A stretch of 64,000 bases of DNA, taken from a virus (taxonomy: Duplodnaviria; Caudoviricetes). Numbering within the stretch: position 1 is the stretch's first letter; every line of letters starts with the position of its first letter. The translations under genes were made by a program, and so were the position numbers. Shown here piece by piece: positions 8,225-16,971 of this stretch. The DNA is taken from IMG/VR virus record IMGVR_UViG_2534682025_000001, positions 20,615 to 84,614 of that record. The stretch is one strand, 5' to 3'. The notes beneath the pieces are model-generated. The model did not search any database. It saw only the letters and a program-made list of their open reading frames with translations, and had not been told where the DNA came from.

Positions 8225-10453
8225 ATGATTAATTGTCTACATATTAAAAAAATCGCGACTTATAATTCTATTGGTGTAGAAATAAATGACCTAAATAAAG
8301 TCAACTTTATCTATGGTGGTAACGGTTGTGGGAAAACAACTATTTCAAATTTTTTATTTCATCATACCCATCCTGATGAATCTGCTAGCAATTATTCTTC
8401 ATGTAACATTGCATTTAAAAGCCTAGAAAAGATCAAAATTTTAACTTATAACAAAAAGTTCAGGGATCTAAATTTCTATAAAGATTCTGAAATACCGGGT
8501 GTTTTCACGTTAGGTGAGGCTTCAATTGAGGAAATACAGGCAATAAATAGCAAAACAGAAGAGTTAAATCTAGCAAATAAAGAATTAAACAAGACTCAAA
8601 CTCAAATTACTAACTTTACTGAATTATCAAATAAACAAGAAAAAGAATCGATAGAAAAATGCTGGGACGTATTCAAACAATATGAAGATGATTTCAGACC
8701 AGCTCTTCTAGGTTCTGGATTTTTGGGCTCTAAGGCTAACTTCAGAAAAAAAATTTTAAATACATTACCTTTGGGCGGGAGAATCATCAAACCACATTCT
8801 TCTCTTGTTGATCGCACCAAAACACTTTTTTCAACAAAATTAGAAACACTCGATGAAATTCACCTTAATGAATCAAATCCCCTAGAACTTTATGAATCAT
8901 CAGATATTTGGAAAACAATTATCATTGGTAAAAAAGACTTAGATATAGCTAAATTAATTAATAATTTAAATATTACAGATTGGGTAAACCAAGGACGTTC
9001 ATACATAAATGATTCAACTTGCCCTTTTTGCCAAAAAGAAACTATTGATGATGTTTTTAAAAGCAGACTTGAGGAGTATTTTGATAATGAATTCGAAAAC
9101 AAGGTAAAAAATCTAAAAGCTTTGCAAGAAAAATATGAAATTGCTTGTACTAATTTGATTAAAGAATTAGAAAACGTCTTAGCCAAAGAAATAAGTAGAA
9201 ACAGTAAGCTCAATATAAAAGAGTTTGAAATCGAATTAGAAAGTCTTAAAAACCTACTAAGATTAAATATTCAATTATCACGGGAAAAGCTAACCAGTAT
9301 AAGTAGCATAATAGAATTAAGCTCATCTAATGATATTTTTAATGAAATTACTTCACTTATTAACAGTGCAAATATCGAGATTAAAAATCACAACGATTTA
9401 GTTAATTCACATGTTCAAGAAACCACTAAGTTGACTTCAGAAATTTGGGATTTTTTAACATTCGAAGCTAATCACCGTATTTCATCACATGAAACTCAAA
9501 TAGAAAATCATTGTAAGGCCCTCAACGGAATGAAGGCATCTGAAGAGAAAGGAAAAGAAAAAATTCAGCGCTTAAGCAATGAGCTTTCCCAATTAAATTC
9601 AACTTCAACAAGTGTACAGCCTGCAGTAGATGAGATTAACCTCTTATTAAAAGGATTTGGTTTTACTAATTTCAAAATTGATAAAGCTGAAAAGCCTAAT
9701 CATTACTGGATCAAACGTGATAATGGTGACAATGCCTTGCACTCACTAAGTGAGGGTGAATCTACATTTATTACTTTTTTGTATTATCTACAGGTAGTTA
9801 AAGGCTTATCAACTAAAGATGAGGCAATCACAAGCAAAATCTTAGTTATCGATGATCCAATTTCAAGCTTAGATAGCAATGTATTATTTATAGTAAGCAC
9901 ATTAATTAAAAATCTTATAAAAGGTACAATATCTAGAGATAGCACACTGGGTATTAAACAAATTATCATCCTTACTCATAACGTATATTTTCATAAGGAG
10001 ATCTCATTCCAACTCCAAAAAGATGATTCAAATCATGTTAATTACTGGATATTAAGAAAAAAAGAAAACACGACATTCATTACAAATCATGGTAAAAACA
10101 ATCCTATTTCCTCAACATATCAAATGCTTTGGAATGATGTAAAAGAAGCAGACAAAAGTAGCTCAACATCAATTCAAAATATCATTAGAAGAATTCTAGA
10201 AAATTATTTCAAAATTCTAGGAAATTACAGCGACACACAAATTATTGATGAATTTAATACATATGAAGAAAAGAAAATTTGCCAATCATTACTGCATTGG
10301 ATAAATGATGGATCTCATTGCATTCCTGATGATTTATTTATTCAACCCATAGATTCAGAAAAAGATATTTATTTAGATGTTTTCAGAAAAATATTTGAGA
10401 AATCTGGACATGAGGCTCACTACAATATGATGATGGGTATAACTAATCATTGA
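8225..10453 (+). CDS. rloC: RloC-like anticodon nuclease (AAA_13/SMC-like ATPase, zinc hook, HEPN)
   Basis: Walker A GGNGCGKT, CPFC zinc hook in coiled coil, LSEGE signature, IDDPISSLD Walker B, LTHN, C-terminal RRILE...NDGSH; AT-rich and opposite to phage genes. Confidence 0.85.
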   Translation: MINCLHIKKIATYNSIGVEINDLNKVNFIYGGNGCGKTTISNFLFHHTHPDESASNYSSCNIAFKSLEKIKILTYNKKFRDLNFYKDSEIPGVFTLGEASIEEIQAINSKTEELNLANKELNKTQTQITNFTELSNKQEKESIEKCWDVFKQYEDDFRPALLGSGFLGSKANFRKKILNTLPLGGRIIKPHSSLVDRTKTLFSTKLETLDEIHLNESNPLELYESSDIWKTIIIGKKDLDIAKLINNLNITDWVNQGRSYINDSTCPFCQKETIDDVFKSRLEEYFDNEFENKVKNLKALQEKYEIACTNLIKELENVLAKEISRNSKLNIKEFEIELESLKNLLRLNIQLSREKLTSISSIIELSSSNDIFNEITSLINSANIEIKNHNDLVNSHVQETTKLTSEIWDFLTFEANHRISSHETQIENHCKALNGMKASEEKGKEKIQRLSNELSQLNSTSTSVQPAVDEINLLLKGFGFTNFKIDKAEKPNHYWIKRDNGDNALHSLSEGESTFITFLYYLQVVKGLSTKDEAITSKILVIDDPISSLDSNVLFIVSTLIKNLIKGTISRDSTLGIKQIIILTHNVYFHKEISFQLQKDDSNHVNYWILRKKENTTFITNHGKNNPISSTYQMLWNDVKEADKSSSTSIQNIIRRILENYFKILGNYSDTQIIDEFNTYEEKKICQSLLHWINDGSHCIPDDLFIQPIDSEKDIYLDVFRKIFEKSGHEAHYNMMMGITNH

Positions 10454-10473
10454 TGATTAGTTATTTCATTTTG

Positions 10474-10508
10474 AAAATAAAACTCTATTTATTTAATAGA
10501 GTTTTATT
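10474..10508. terminator. Bidirectional hairpin between rloC and Q
   Basis: AATAAAACTCTATT...AATAGAGTTTTATT inverted repeat; second palindrome over the rloC stop (10440-10463). Confidence 0.65.
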
Positions 10509-10899
10509 GGTTACATATAAACTCTAATCTACAATCCAACCAGGTTTCCCCAGCAAGTAAATATTTATCGATTATGCGCCTGTCAACTTTACTTAATTTT
10601 TCCAAAGCTCGGATTGACAACCCCTTCAAATAATGAAACTCAATCCACTGGTACAGATCTGGCCGTGAAAAGCGCAACTGCGTCACCAGGTGATCAATAG
10701 CAACCAAAGCATCATCATCCAGCATCACCTGAATACCTGACGACTTCTGCCCCTCTTTCAAACGCATCAAACCATATGTAGGTGAGGTATAAGTCAATTC
10801 ACTTGGATTATATGAAGCATGACGCGCCCACTTACCCCACTGCGCCAATTCATTCTGCATCATTCGAACCGTTGGTTTTACTTCTACAATTGCGCTCAT
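10504..10899 (-). CDS. Late antiterminator Q family protein
   Basis: ELAQWGKWA, DDDALVAID, C-terminal sigma4-like HTH; last gene of the replication operon. Confidence 0.85.
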   Translation of the reverse strand: MSAIVEVKPTVRMMQNELAQWGKWARHASYNPSELTYTSPTYGLMRLKEGQKSSGIQVMLDDDALVAIDHLVTQLRFSRPDLYQWIEFHYLKGLSIRALEKLSKVDRRIIDKYLLAGETWLDCRLEFICNQ

Positions 10900-10912
10900 T
10901 TATATTCTTCCC

Positions 10913-11344
10913 TTAAACCTTCCAAAATCTTTTAAAAACCAACATTGCTGCATCACGTGCATGCTCATTCGTGCGGCCAGTCCAACCGGTGATCTTCTTA
11001 AATAGATCCGCTTTGGTTTTAGTAGCATTTGCCTTTGGGTGAACCATGATGTAATTGAACTCCTGCTCCTTACACCAGTCCTCCCAGATCTGTGCATCAC
11101 GCTTTACTGACCCAACGCCTTGAGCTTTTTCTTTACCACCAGTAAACCAAGTGCGTTTACGTGCATCTTCGATATACAGCTTTAAATTATCTTTCCCATG
11201 AATCGCTTTTATTTCCTGAACCGCCTGCATTGCCTTGGTGATGCTTAAGCACTCCACCTGGTGCAACTCCCCACCGGAGCCATGGTCGATTGCCACGGCG
11301 TAACCGGTTTTAACTCCTGTATCGATGCCGATGAGGATTTTCAA
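10913..11344 (-). CDS. RuvC-like Holliday junction resolvase
   Basis: IGIDTG RNase H motif, YIED, NEHARDAA. Confidence 0.7.
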   Translation of the reverse strand: MKILIGIDTGVKTGYAVAIDHGSGGELHQVECLSITKAMQAVQEIKAIHGKDNLKLYIEDARKRTWFTGGKEKAQGVGSVKRDAQIWEDWCKEQEFNYIMVHPKANATKTKADLFKKITGWTGRTNEHARDAAMLVFKRFWKV

Positions 11345-11511
11345 ATCACAAACTCCTTATCATCTTTGCACCAGCACACATATGCGATTTGTACTGTTAA
11401 GTTGCGGTACCCAATACCTTGGTCAAAATCAAACAAGCGGCCCCCATAGATATATTTCAGTTGCAGGTAGAAGGACTGAGCCATGAAGAAATTTTCGAAT
11501 TGGTCTTTCAT
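11341..11511 (-). CDS. 56-aa hypothetical protein, homolog of the N-terminus of 54640-55092
   Basis: FENFFMAQSFY...GGRLFDFD...VQIAY; overlaps start/stop of both neighbours. Confidence 0.65.
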   Translation of the reverse strand: MKDQFENFFMAQSFYLQLKYIYGGRLFDFDQGIGYRNLTVQIAYVCWCKDDKEFVI

Positions 11512-12347
11512 GCTGCACCACCAAATAAATCAGGTTGAGCAGCCGCTGGATTCATCCATAAACATTCAATTCGGGTATCAGTGCCGCGGCCAGATGAAAT
11601 ACGCGCTTTAATTTCTACCTTTTGCCAGCCTTTGAGCATTTCTTCATACAAATCGGATTGGTAACCGGAAAGCATGACCATTCCGTCTAGCTCGAGTAAT
11701 GTGTTGAGTAAATCCAGGTGATCTTTATCATCCATCTCATGACGGTAAACTCGACCAGTTTTGGCACCTTCATAACGGGTATCGTGAACATACGGCGGAT
11801 CCACATAATGCAAAGTGGTAGGCGCGTCATGATCTTTAAGAATCTGGATTGCTGGACGGTTCTCAATTAAAACTCCACTCAATCTCTGGCCAATCTGACT
11901 TAGATGTTCTGGATAAGTGGTCCACAATGACTGAGCTGTTCCGTACTGGCGCTTTGTATCAATACGAAAACCTGTAATACCTTTGGTTGCACCGGCAGAT
12001 CCAAAGCCCATCTGAGCACGGATGATCGTACGGCGTGCACGTTCTACTGAATCCTCAGAACCCAACCAAGAATTTTCAAATTCTTCACGGCTGTAAGGCG
12101 TTAGAATTAATTGTTCAATTAGCTTTTCTCTCGAGCTAGAACTTCGAAGTACCTTAAAAAGATTTACGATGTCACCATCAAGGTCGTTATAGACCTCAGC
12201 GTACGCTCGTGGCTTTTGTAGAAGAACTCCAGCTGCTCCACCAAATACTTCTGTGTAGCAAGTGTGATTTGGCATTTGAGAAATAATCCAATGAGCAATT
12301 CGGAATTTACCACCGTGGTACCGGATTAAAGGATGATTCATTTTCAA
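11508..12347 (-). CDS. DNA adenine methyltransferase (D12/Dam class)
   Basis: IRYHGGK, EVFGGAAGV, YNDLD, YVDPPY. Confidence 0.92.
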   Translation of the reverse strand: MKMNHPLIRYHGGKFRIAHWIISQMPNHTCYTEVFGGAAGVLLQKPRAYAEVYNDLDGDIVNLFKVLRSSSSREKLIEQLILTPYSREEFENSWLGSEDSVERARRTIIRAQMGFGSAGATKGITGFRIDTKRQYGTAQSLWTTYPEHLSQIGQRLSGVLIENRPAIQILKDHDAPTTLHYVDPPYVHDTRYEGAKTGRVYRHEMDDKDHLDLLNTLLELDGMVMLSGYQSDLYEEMLKGWQKVEIKARISSGRGTDTRIECLWMNPAAAQPDLFGGAA

Positions 12348-12949
12348 GCTGCTCTCCCCGGACGCTTAAAAGCACCCTTCACTTTTGCAGCCAACTCAGG
12401 CGGACACGGCACACCTTTACGATTGCGCTCGTCATAAGTTAAAGACTTAGCCTTACCCTCTTTCTTCCACATTTCCTGCACGCGGCCTTTTTCCTTCGCC
12501 CGGGCAAGGTAGTCCTGATAAATCGCATTAAAGGCGTAATGCGCTGCTTTCTGCCCCTCTACGTTGAGGATATGGCGCACCTCATCAAGACTGCGCTTCG
12601 CAAGTGTCGTAATTTCTGATTTTTTATCGTTTTCAAACTGCAGTGCTTTGGCCCATGCCATATCTGCAGTCCACCAGTCACCACCTTGTTCACACCAGCT
12701 GCGGAATTTCGGAAGGTTTGGACACCACTCTTCAGAATTCATACGCAAGATGCCGCGAGTGATATCAGCTGGAGTTAGGCCACTCAAAACAGTGCATGCC
12801 AACTGAACAAGCTCTTCATCTGAATAACCTGCGTATTTTTTAGTGAACTCAGCGCCGTAGACGTCACCAATACGGTTTAAAACCATTTCTGCCACTTCAA
12901 CTGGAAAGTTCACAGCAAAAGCGTTTTCGAATAATTGAATATTGCTCAT
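12344..12949 (-). CDS. Replication-associated protein (lambda P-position)
   Basis: WCPNLPKFRSWC motif; directly downstream of the initiator. Confidence 0.6.
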   Translation of the reverse strand: MSNIQLFENAFAVNFPVEVAEMVLNRIGDVYGAEFTKKYAGYSDEELVQLACTVLSGLTPADITRGILRMNSEEWCPNLPKFRSWCEQGGDWWTADMAWAKALQFENDKKSEITTLAKRSLDEVRHILNVEGQKAAHYAFNAIYQDYLARAKEKGRVQEMWKKEGKAKSLTYDERNRKGVPCPPELAAKVKGAFKRPGRAA

Positions 12950-13725
12950 TAGTTTGACTCTCCCACTGTGCGCATTTGATTTGGATCTACCTGGTTGCCA
13001 AAGCGACGGCGCTGCATTGGCTGTTGGTTTTGAGCTGGTGTTTGTTGTTTAGGGGGATAAACACTCTGATAACTTCCGATGATTGAAGCTTCCAGCGATT
13101 GATTTGCCTGATCACCAAAGCCAACCAATTTTTTAATCAAAAGGTTTACGGCGTTTTCAGTGAGTGGCTTTCTGATGCTGTTGCGCATATCAACAAATTG
13201 AATCCACAAATCACGATTTACGTTTGCTGGTAACTCAACTGGTTTTGCATCGAATGCAGTTGGTTTTTTAGAAGAAGATTTCTCTTTTTCACCCTTATCT
13301 TTATTTGTTTTTGTATTAGTTGTTTTTGAGTTGTTATTGTGGGTCGAATCTTTAGAGTGCACGCTATCTAAAATATCGACTCCCCCCTCTATATTTTCGA
13401 CGGCGTTTTTTTCGCTATCTAAAATATCGACTGCAAAAATACTGTCAGTTAGAACATACTTTGCCGGCTGATTTGAGAAAGATTTACGCTCAATAACACC
13501 CATTTGAACTAATTTTTCACAACCTTTTAGGACTGAGTCTTTGTTGTATCCAGTACCCGCCACCAGTTGAGAAACACTGATGCTATCGTCAGATTTATTC
13601 CAGCCACGAGTTTTACGCACAATGAATAGATAACAAGGCAAAGCTGGGCCTTTCATATGAGCCATATAACCTTTGTCAATTAGGTCATTAGGCAGCATGA
13701 AGGCGTTAGAAATAAAACTGCTCAT
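12949..13725 (-). CDS. Replication initiator (lambda O-like wHTH)
   Basis: IVRKTRGWNK..DSISVSQL; internal iterons; C-terminal RKPLTE..SIIGSYQ domain. Confidence 0.85.
   Translation of the reverse strand: MSSFISNAFMLPNDLIDKGYMAHMKGPALPCYLFIVRKTRGWNKSDDSISVSQLVAGTGYNKDSVLKGCEKLVQMGVIERKSFSNQPAKYVLTDSIFAVDILDSEKNAVENIEGGVDILDSVHSKDSTHNNNSKTTNTKTNKDKGEKEKSSSKKPTAFDAKPVELPANVNRDLWIQFVDMRNSIRKPLTENAVNLLIKKLVGFGDQANQSLEASIIGSYQSVYPPKQQTPAQNQQPMQRRRFGNQVDPNQMRTVGESN
13343..13432. repeat. Replication origin iterons inside initiator gene
   Basis: CGCTATCTAAAATATCGACT exact at 13362-13381 and 13413-13432, with degenerate and inverted copies, next to an A/T-skewed tract. Confidence 0.75.
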
Positions 13726-14492
13726 TGCACCACCCCTTCTACCAAACCGGCATCACGAACCATAGCTGCTAAACGCGTAAGACCTTTTGAGGTAATGCGA
13801 GCCTGAGTGAAAACTTGTGGACCTTTTGACGTTTCAATAACGCGAGTTACTTTCTCGATCATGACTTTTTGAGCAAGGCGTTTGCTGTAAGCGCACAGGG
13901 TGTTGCTGCCATCTTTGGCACGATAGATCCAGTTCTGATTCATCAAAAACTGAATAAACTTTTTCTCTGGCACGCCTACAGTCTTTGCAGCATCACGAAT
14001 ACAGAAAGAGCTTGATGTTTCAGCAATCTGGTCAAGCGCATTAGCTTTTGGCTCCAATACCGCTACCTTTTCACTTAGCTCAATATTGAGTTTTGCCTGC
14101 ACTTCGATTGCTTGAAGGAGATGTGTTGGGTTTGTAATATCGAAACTATTTTTAGCCTTAAGTGCTTCTTCCATCGCCGTCATGCGATCAAAGACTCGAG
14201 CTTGTAATTCATAGCTATATGACATGGCCATGAGGCAGGCTTCGCGTTTTGGAAAGTTATAGATATGGCGTGTGTTATTGTTGCCATAGTTTTGCGTTCC
14301 GATAAATTTCGGAGCGTGCTCTTCACCCAAAACACTTAAAACTTTACGCATAAAGTCATCATGGCGAAGTTCTTTGTATGGCTTCTCGACAGTGGCAGTT
14401 TCTTTGCGAAAATTGTTAATAAAACCAACAATATCGGGTGATGACATTGTCACTTCGTTTATGTTAAAATTTCCTTGTGTTAACATATTCAT
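13722..14492 (-). CDS. Rha/KilAC (ANT) antirepressor-family protein
   Basis: TMSS..I, YNFPKREACLMAMSYS, PKANALD, IRDAAK, ITSKGLTRL. Confidence 0.85.
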   Translation of the reverse strand: MNMLTQGNFNINEVTMSSPDIVGFINNFRKETATVEKPYKELRHDDFMRKVLSVLGEEHAPKFIGTQNYGNNNTRHIYNFPKREACLMAMSYSYELQARVFDRMTAMEEALKAKNSFDITNPTHLLQAIEVQAKLNIELSEKVAVLEPKANALDQIAETSSSFCIRDAAKTVGVPEKKFIQFLMNQNWIYRAKDGSNTLCAYSKRLAQKVMIEKVTRVIETSKGPQVFTQARITSKGLTRLAAMVRDAGLVEGVVQ

Positions 14493-14543
14493 GTTTACTT
14501 TCCTCGACGTTAGTGAACAACCGGAAAAGCCTGACCTCGCACG

Positions 14544-15008
14544 TCAGGCTTTTTCTGTTTCTGGGTTATCAATACAAGCCTGAATTTGTTTATCCAGCTC
14601 GGCCAAAGCAACATGCATCTGGTGGATCACCTTTGACATGTCCTGCACTTCACCTTGTGTAATACGGCCATCTGCCATAATTTCTCGGAATAGGCTCATC
14701 ACATCGCCACCTTTCATACCAATGCACAGCACTTTGTCTGTCAGAGACATATCGCGGCATTCAGGAATTTCAGGGAGATCGATTGCGACCTTTTCATGCT
14801 CAGCAGCCAAAGCTTGCAAAATTCGATAATCACCAGTCATTGCCATCATTTTTGAGGCTTCTGATAGTGTTAAATGATGGGTATCTGTGTTTGGATTTAC
14901 CTTACTGTTTAAAACAGCTGGACTTTTGATTCCCATCCTTGGGGCTAATGCATTTGCCCCACCTGGGTAGTCATGCACTGTGCTGTATGCTGCATCCGCT
15001 ATGTTCAT
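14544..15008 (-). CDS. Phage regulatory CII-family protein
   Basis: YPGGANALA, LNSKVNPNTDTHHL, ADGRITQGE. Confidence 0.82.
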   Translation of the reverse strand: MNIADAAYSTVHDYPGGANALAPRMGIKSPAVLNSKVNPNTDTHHLTLSEASKMMAMTGDYRILQALAAEHEKVAIDLPEIPECRDMSLTDKVLCIGMKGGDVMSLFREIMADGRITQGEVQDMSKVIHQMHVALAELDKQIQACIDNPETEKA

Positions 15009-15069
15009 TTAGCCTTCCTAAAAACGTATTTATTGAAAATCAAATGTTTAATAATTGGTCTAAGCAGTA

Positions 15070-15267
15070 TTAAGCTGCATTATTTTTTGGGGGAGTTGGT
15101 TGTGGTTTTAAAAATAGTTCAGGGTATTCAAGCTTTACCTTTGCCGGAATGCCGCGAACCGTCCAGTTTTGAACTCGCTGAATGCTATAACCAAGTGAAT
15201 CAGCTACCTTTGCAGGACCGCCTAGATTCGCGATGGTTTGCTTATCAGCTTTTACTGAGATAGCCAT
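15070..15267 (-). CDS. cro: Cro-like repressor
   Basis: LGGPAKVADSLG..QRVQNWTVRGIP HTH; divergent from cI. Confidence 0.85.
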   Translation of the reverse strand: MAISVKADKQTIANLGGPAKVADSLGYSIQRVQNWTVRGIPAKVKLEYPELFLKPQPTPPKNNAA

Positions 15268-15278
15268 AATCTTATTCT

Positions 15279-15352
15279 CAACATCACGTTAAGTATATGG
15301 TAAACACAGCGTTAAGTATTGTCAATTTTTTCTGTTTAACACAAGTTGTTTA
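15279..15352. promoter_or_regulatory. oR-like operator array
   Basis: Repeated AACA-N4/5-(C)GTT elements between cro and cI. Confidence 0.55.
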
Positions 15353-15399
15353 CTTTTTTAGATAATAAAAGGGCTTTTACACACCGGGTTAACACGAGC

Positions 15400-16080
15400 A
15401 TGCATCCTTCATTAGAAAGAATTTTAAAAATAAGTGGCTTGAATCAAGAAGAGCTAGCTAAGAAAATTGATGAATCTCCACAAACTGTTAGCAACTGGAA
15501 GAGACGTGGAGTATCTAAGTCAGGTGCGATTAAGGCGTCTGCTCAATTTGGTGTGTCGGTCAACTGGATCTTGCAAGGTGATGAGAAGGGTCAAAATGTT
15601 GAAGTTACAAAAGTTCAAGGATGGGATCATCAAACCCCACTAGATGATGATGAGGTTGAAATACCATTTTATAAGGAATTCTTAGTGTCTTGTGGCTCTG
15701 GTACAGCTGCAGAAATTATTGGTGAAGCAACAAGGAAGTTGCGCCTAAGTAAGGCAACACTCAATAAATACGGCGTTTATGAAGGAAATGCTTATGCTCT
15801 AACAGCATTCGGGAACTCTATGGCACCAGTAATTAATAACGGCGCTACTGTGTATGTAGATACCGGCAGAACACAGATTATTGATGGAAAGATTTATGCC
15901 ATAAATCATGGTGGATTATTCAAATTCAAGTATTTATATCGCATGCCTAAAGGTGGGGTGCGAATTGTTAGCGCCAATTCTGAAGAGTATCCAGAAGAGG
16001 TACTGACTATCGAAGATATTATGGAGCAGGAATTTTGCGTAGTAGCTTACGCATTCAATGTACAAAACCCTCTGCCGTAA
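15400..16080 (+). CDS. cI: CI repressor (XRE HTH + S24 peptidase)
   Basis: HTH QEELAKKI..QTVSNW; SCG cleavage site; GNSM and K dyad; start at MHPSL. Confidence 0.92.
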   Translation: MHPSLERILKISGLNQEELAKKIDESPQTVSNWKRRGVSKSGAIKASAQFGVSVNWILQGDEKGQNVEVTKVQGWDHQTPLDDDEVEIPFYKEFLVSCGSGTAAEIIGEATRKLRLSKATLNKYGVYEGNAYALTAFGNSMAPVINNGATVYVDTGRTQIIDGKIYAINHGGLFKFKYLYRMPKGGVRIVSANSEEYPEEVLTIEDIMEQEFCVVAYAFNVQNPLP

Positions 16081-16187
16081 CCACTTAAAAATTATATGAC
16101 CGCCCACTGAGGCGGTTTTTTATCGCCTCTATAAAAGTTCACAAAAATAGTAAACAAAAATAGTCCACACAAAGTTAACAAAATTAC

Positions 16188-16216
16188 TTGACGATAGTAC
16201 ACGTCATGTTTACTAT
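16188..16216 (+). promoter_or_regulatory. pL-like early promoter
   Basis: TTGACG-17-TACTAT overlapping an operator-like site. Confidence 0.75.
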
Positions 16217-16236
16217 TAATTCACAGGAAACAAAAA

Positions 16237-16287
16237 GCCCCAGCGTAGCGCGAACTACCTGGAGCATGACTCATCACCCTACTGAGT
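16237..16287 (+). ncRNA. Two-hairpin early leader RNA (put-like candidate), copy 1
   Basis: Homologous to 60543-60595 with compensatory GTAG/CTAC vs GTTG/CAAC. Confidence 0.55.
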
Positions 16288-16296
16288 GAAATTATT

Positions 16297-16539
16297 ATGA
16301 ATAAAAACCCAATCCAAAGCAACCTTCCGGAGTTCGGCCAATCCAGCATGACCTCAGAGTGTTTGTATCAACACCCAAAGCCTAAATCTGTAGCGAAAGA
16401 AGTCGCTTCAAATGTTGCAGCTTGGTCTTTAGTTTTCTCAATCCTTTTAGGTCTTTCGGCAATGTTTATCAATCAGGCAGACAAAACGTCTAATCGCCAG
16501 GTTGAAGCAATTGCCACTTCTGTTGGAACAAACAACTAA
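16297..16539 (+). CDS. Small membrane protein, first early gene
   Basis: One hydrophobic helix. Confidence 0.65.
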   Translation: MNKNPIQSNLPEFGQSSMTSECLYQHPKPKSVAKEVASNVAAWSLVFSILLGLSAMFINQADKTSNRQVEAIATSVGTNN

Positions 16540-16578
16540 TTCAACACAGCTTACACAAGTAATTTTTGGAGAATAACC

Positions 16579-16953
16579 ATGTCAAAAAACAAAACCTCTT
16601 TCGCTCAAACACTTGAAAATTTACGTCACGGTACTGTGGCTGAAGAAATTGATGAGCTGCTTACTGAAGCACTCCAGGCAACGGCGGATACCGGCAAGCA
16701 AAGCAAGGTCACTATCTCTTTGACCATCAAGCCAAACGGCAACGGCGTCTACAAAATCATGGATGACGTTAAATCAATTCTTCCTAAGTTCGATAAAGAA
16801 CCAACTGTTCTATTCACCGATGGAAAACAGCAGCTTGTTCGTGAAGATCCACGCCAACAGAAATTGAATCTTGAACAGATCCAATCAAGTGGTCCAGTAG
16901 ATGTGAAAGCTCTGCCGGAAACCAAAAAACCAACTTTCAAAAACCTCAGCTAA
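16579..16953 (+). CDS. Conserved prophage protein typically paired with DUF2303
   Basis: GK.SKVTISLTIKP...LVREDPRQQKL; precedes DUF2303 gene. Confidence 0.75.
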   Translation: MSKNKTSFAQTLENLRHGTVAEEIDELLTEALQATADTGKQSKVTISLTIKPNGNGVYKIMDDVKSILPKFDKEPTVLFTDGKQQLVREDPRQQKLNLEQIQSSGPVDVKALPETKKPTFKNLS

Positions 16954-16971
16954 TTAAAAGGCCTTAACAAC

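Noticed and set aside
13343-13432. 20-bp direct repeats with ~30-bp spacer as mini-CRISPR
   Set aside because: Only two exact copies, inside the initiator gene, with no cas genes; fits origin iterons
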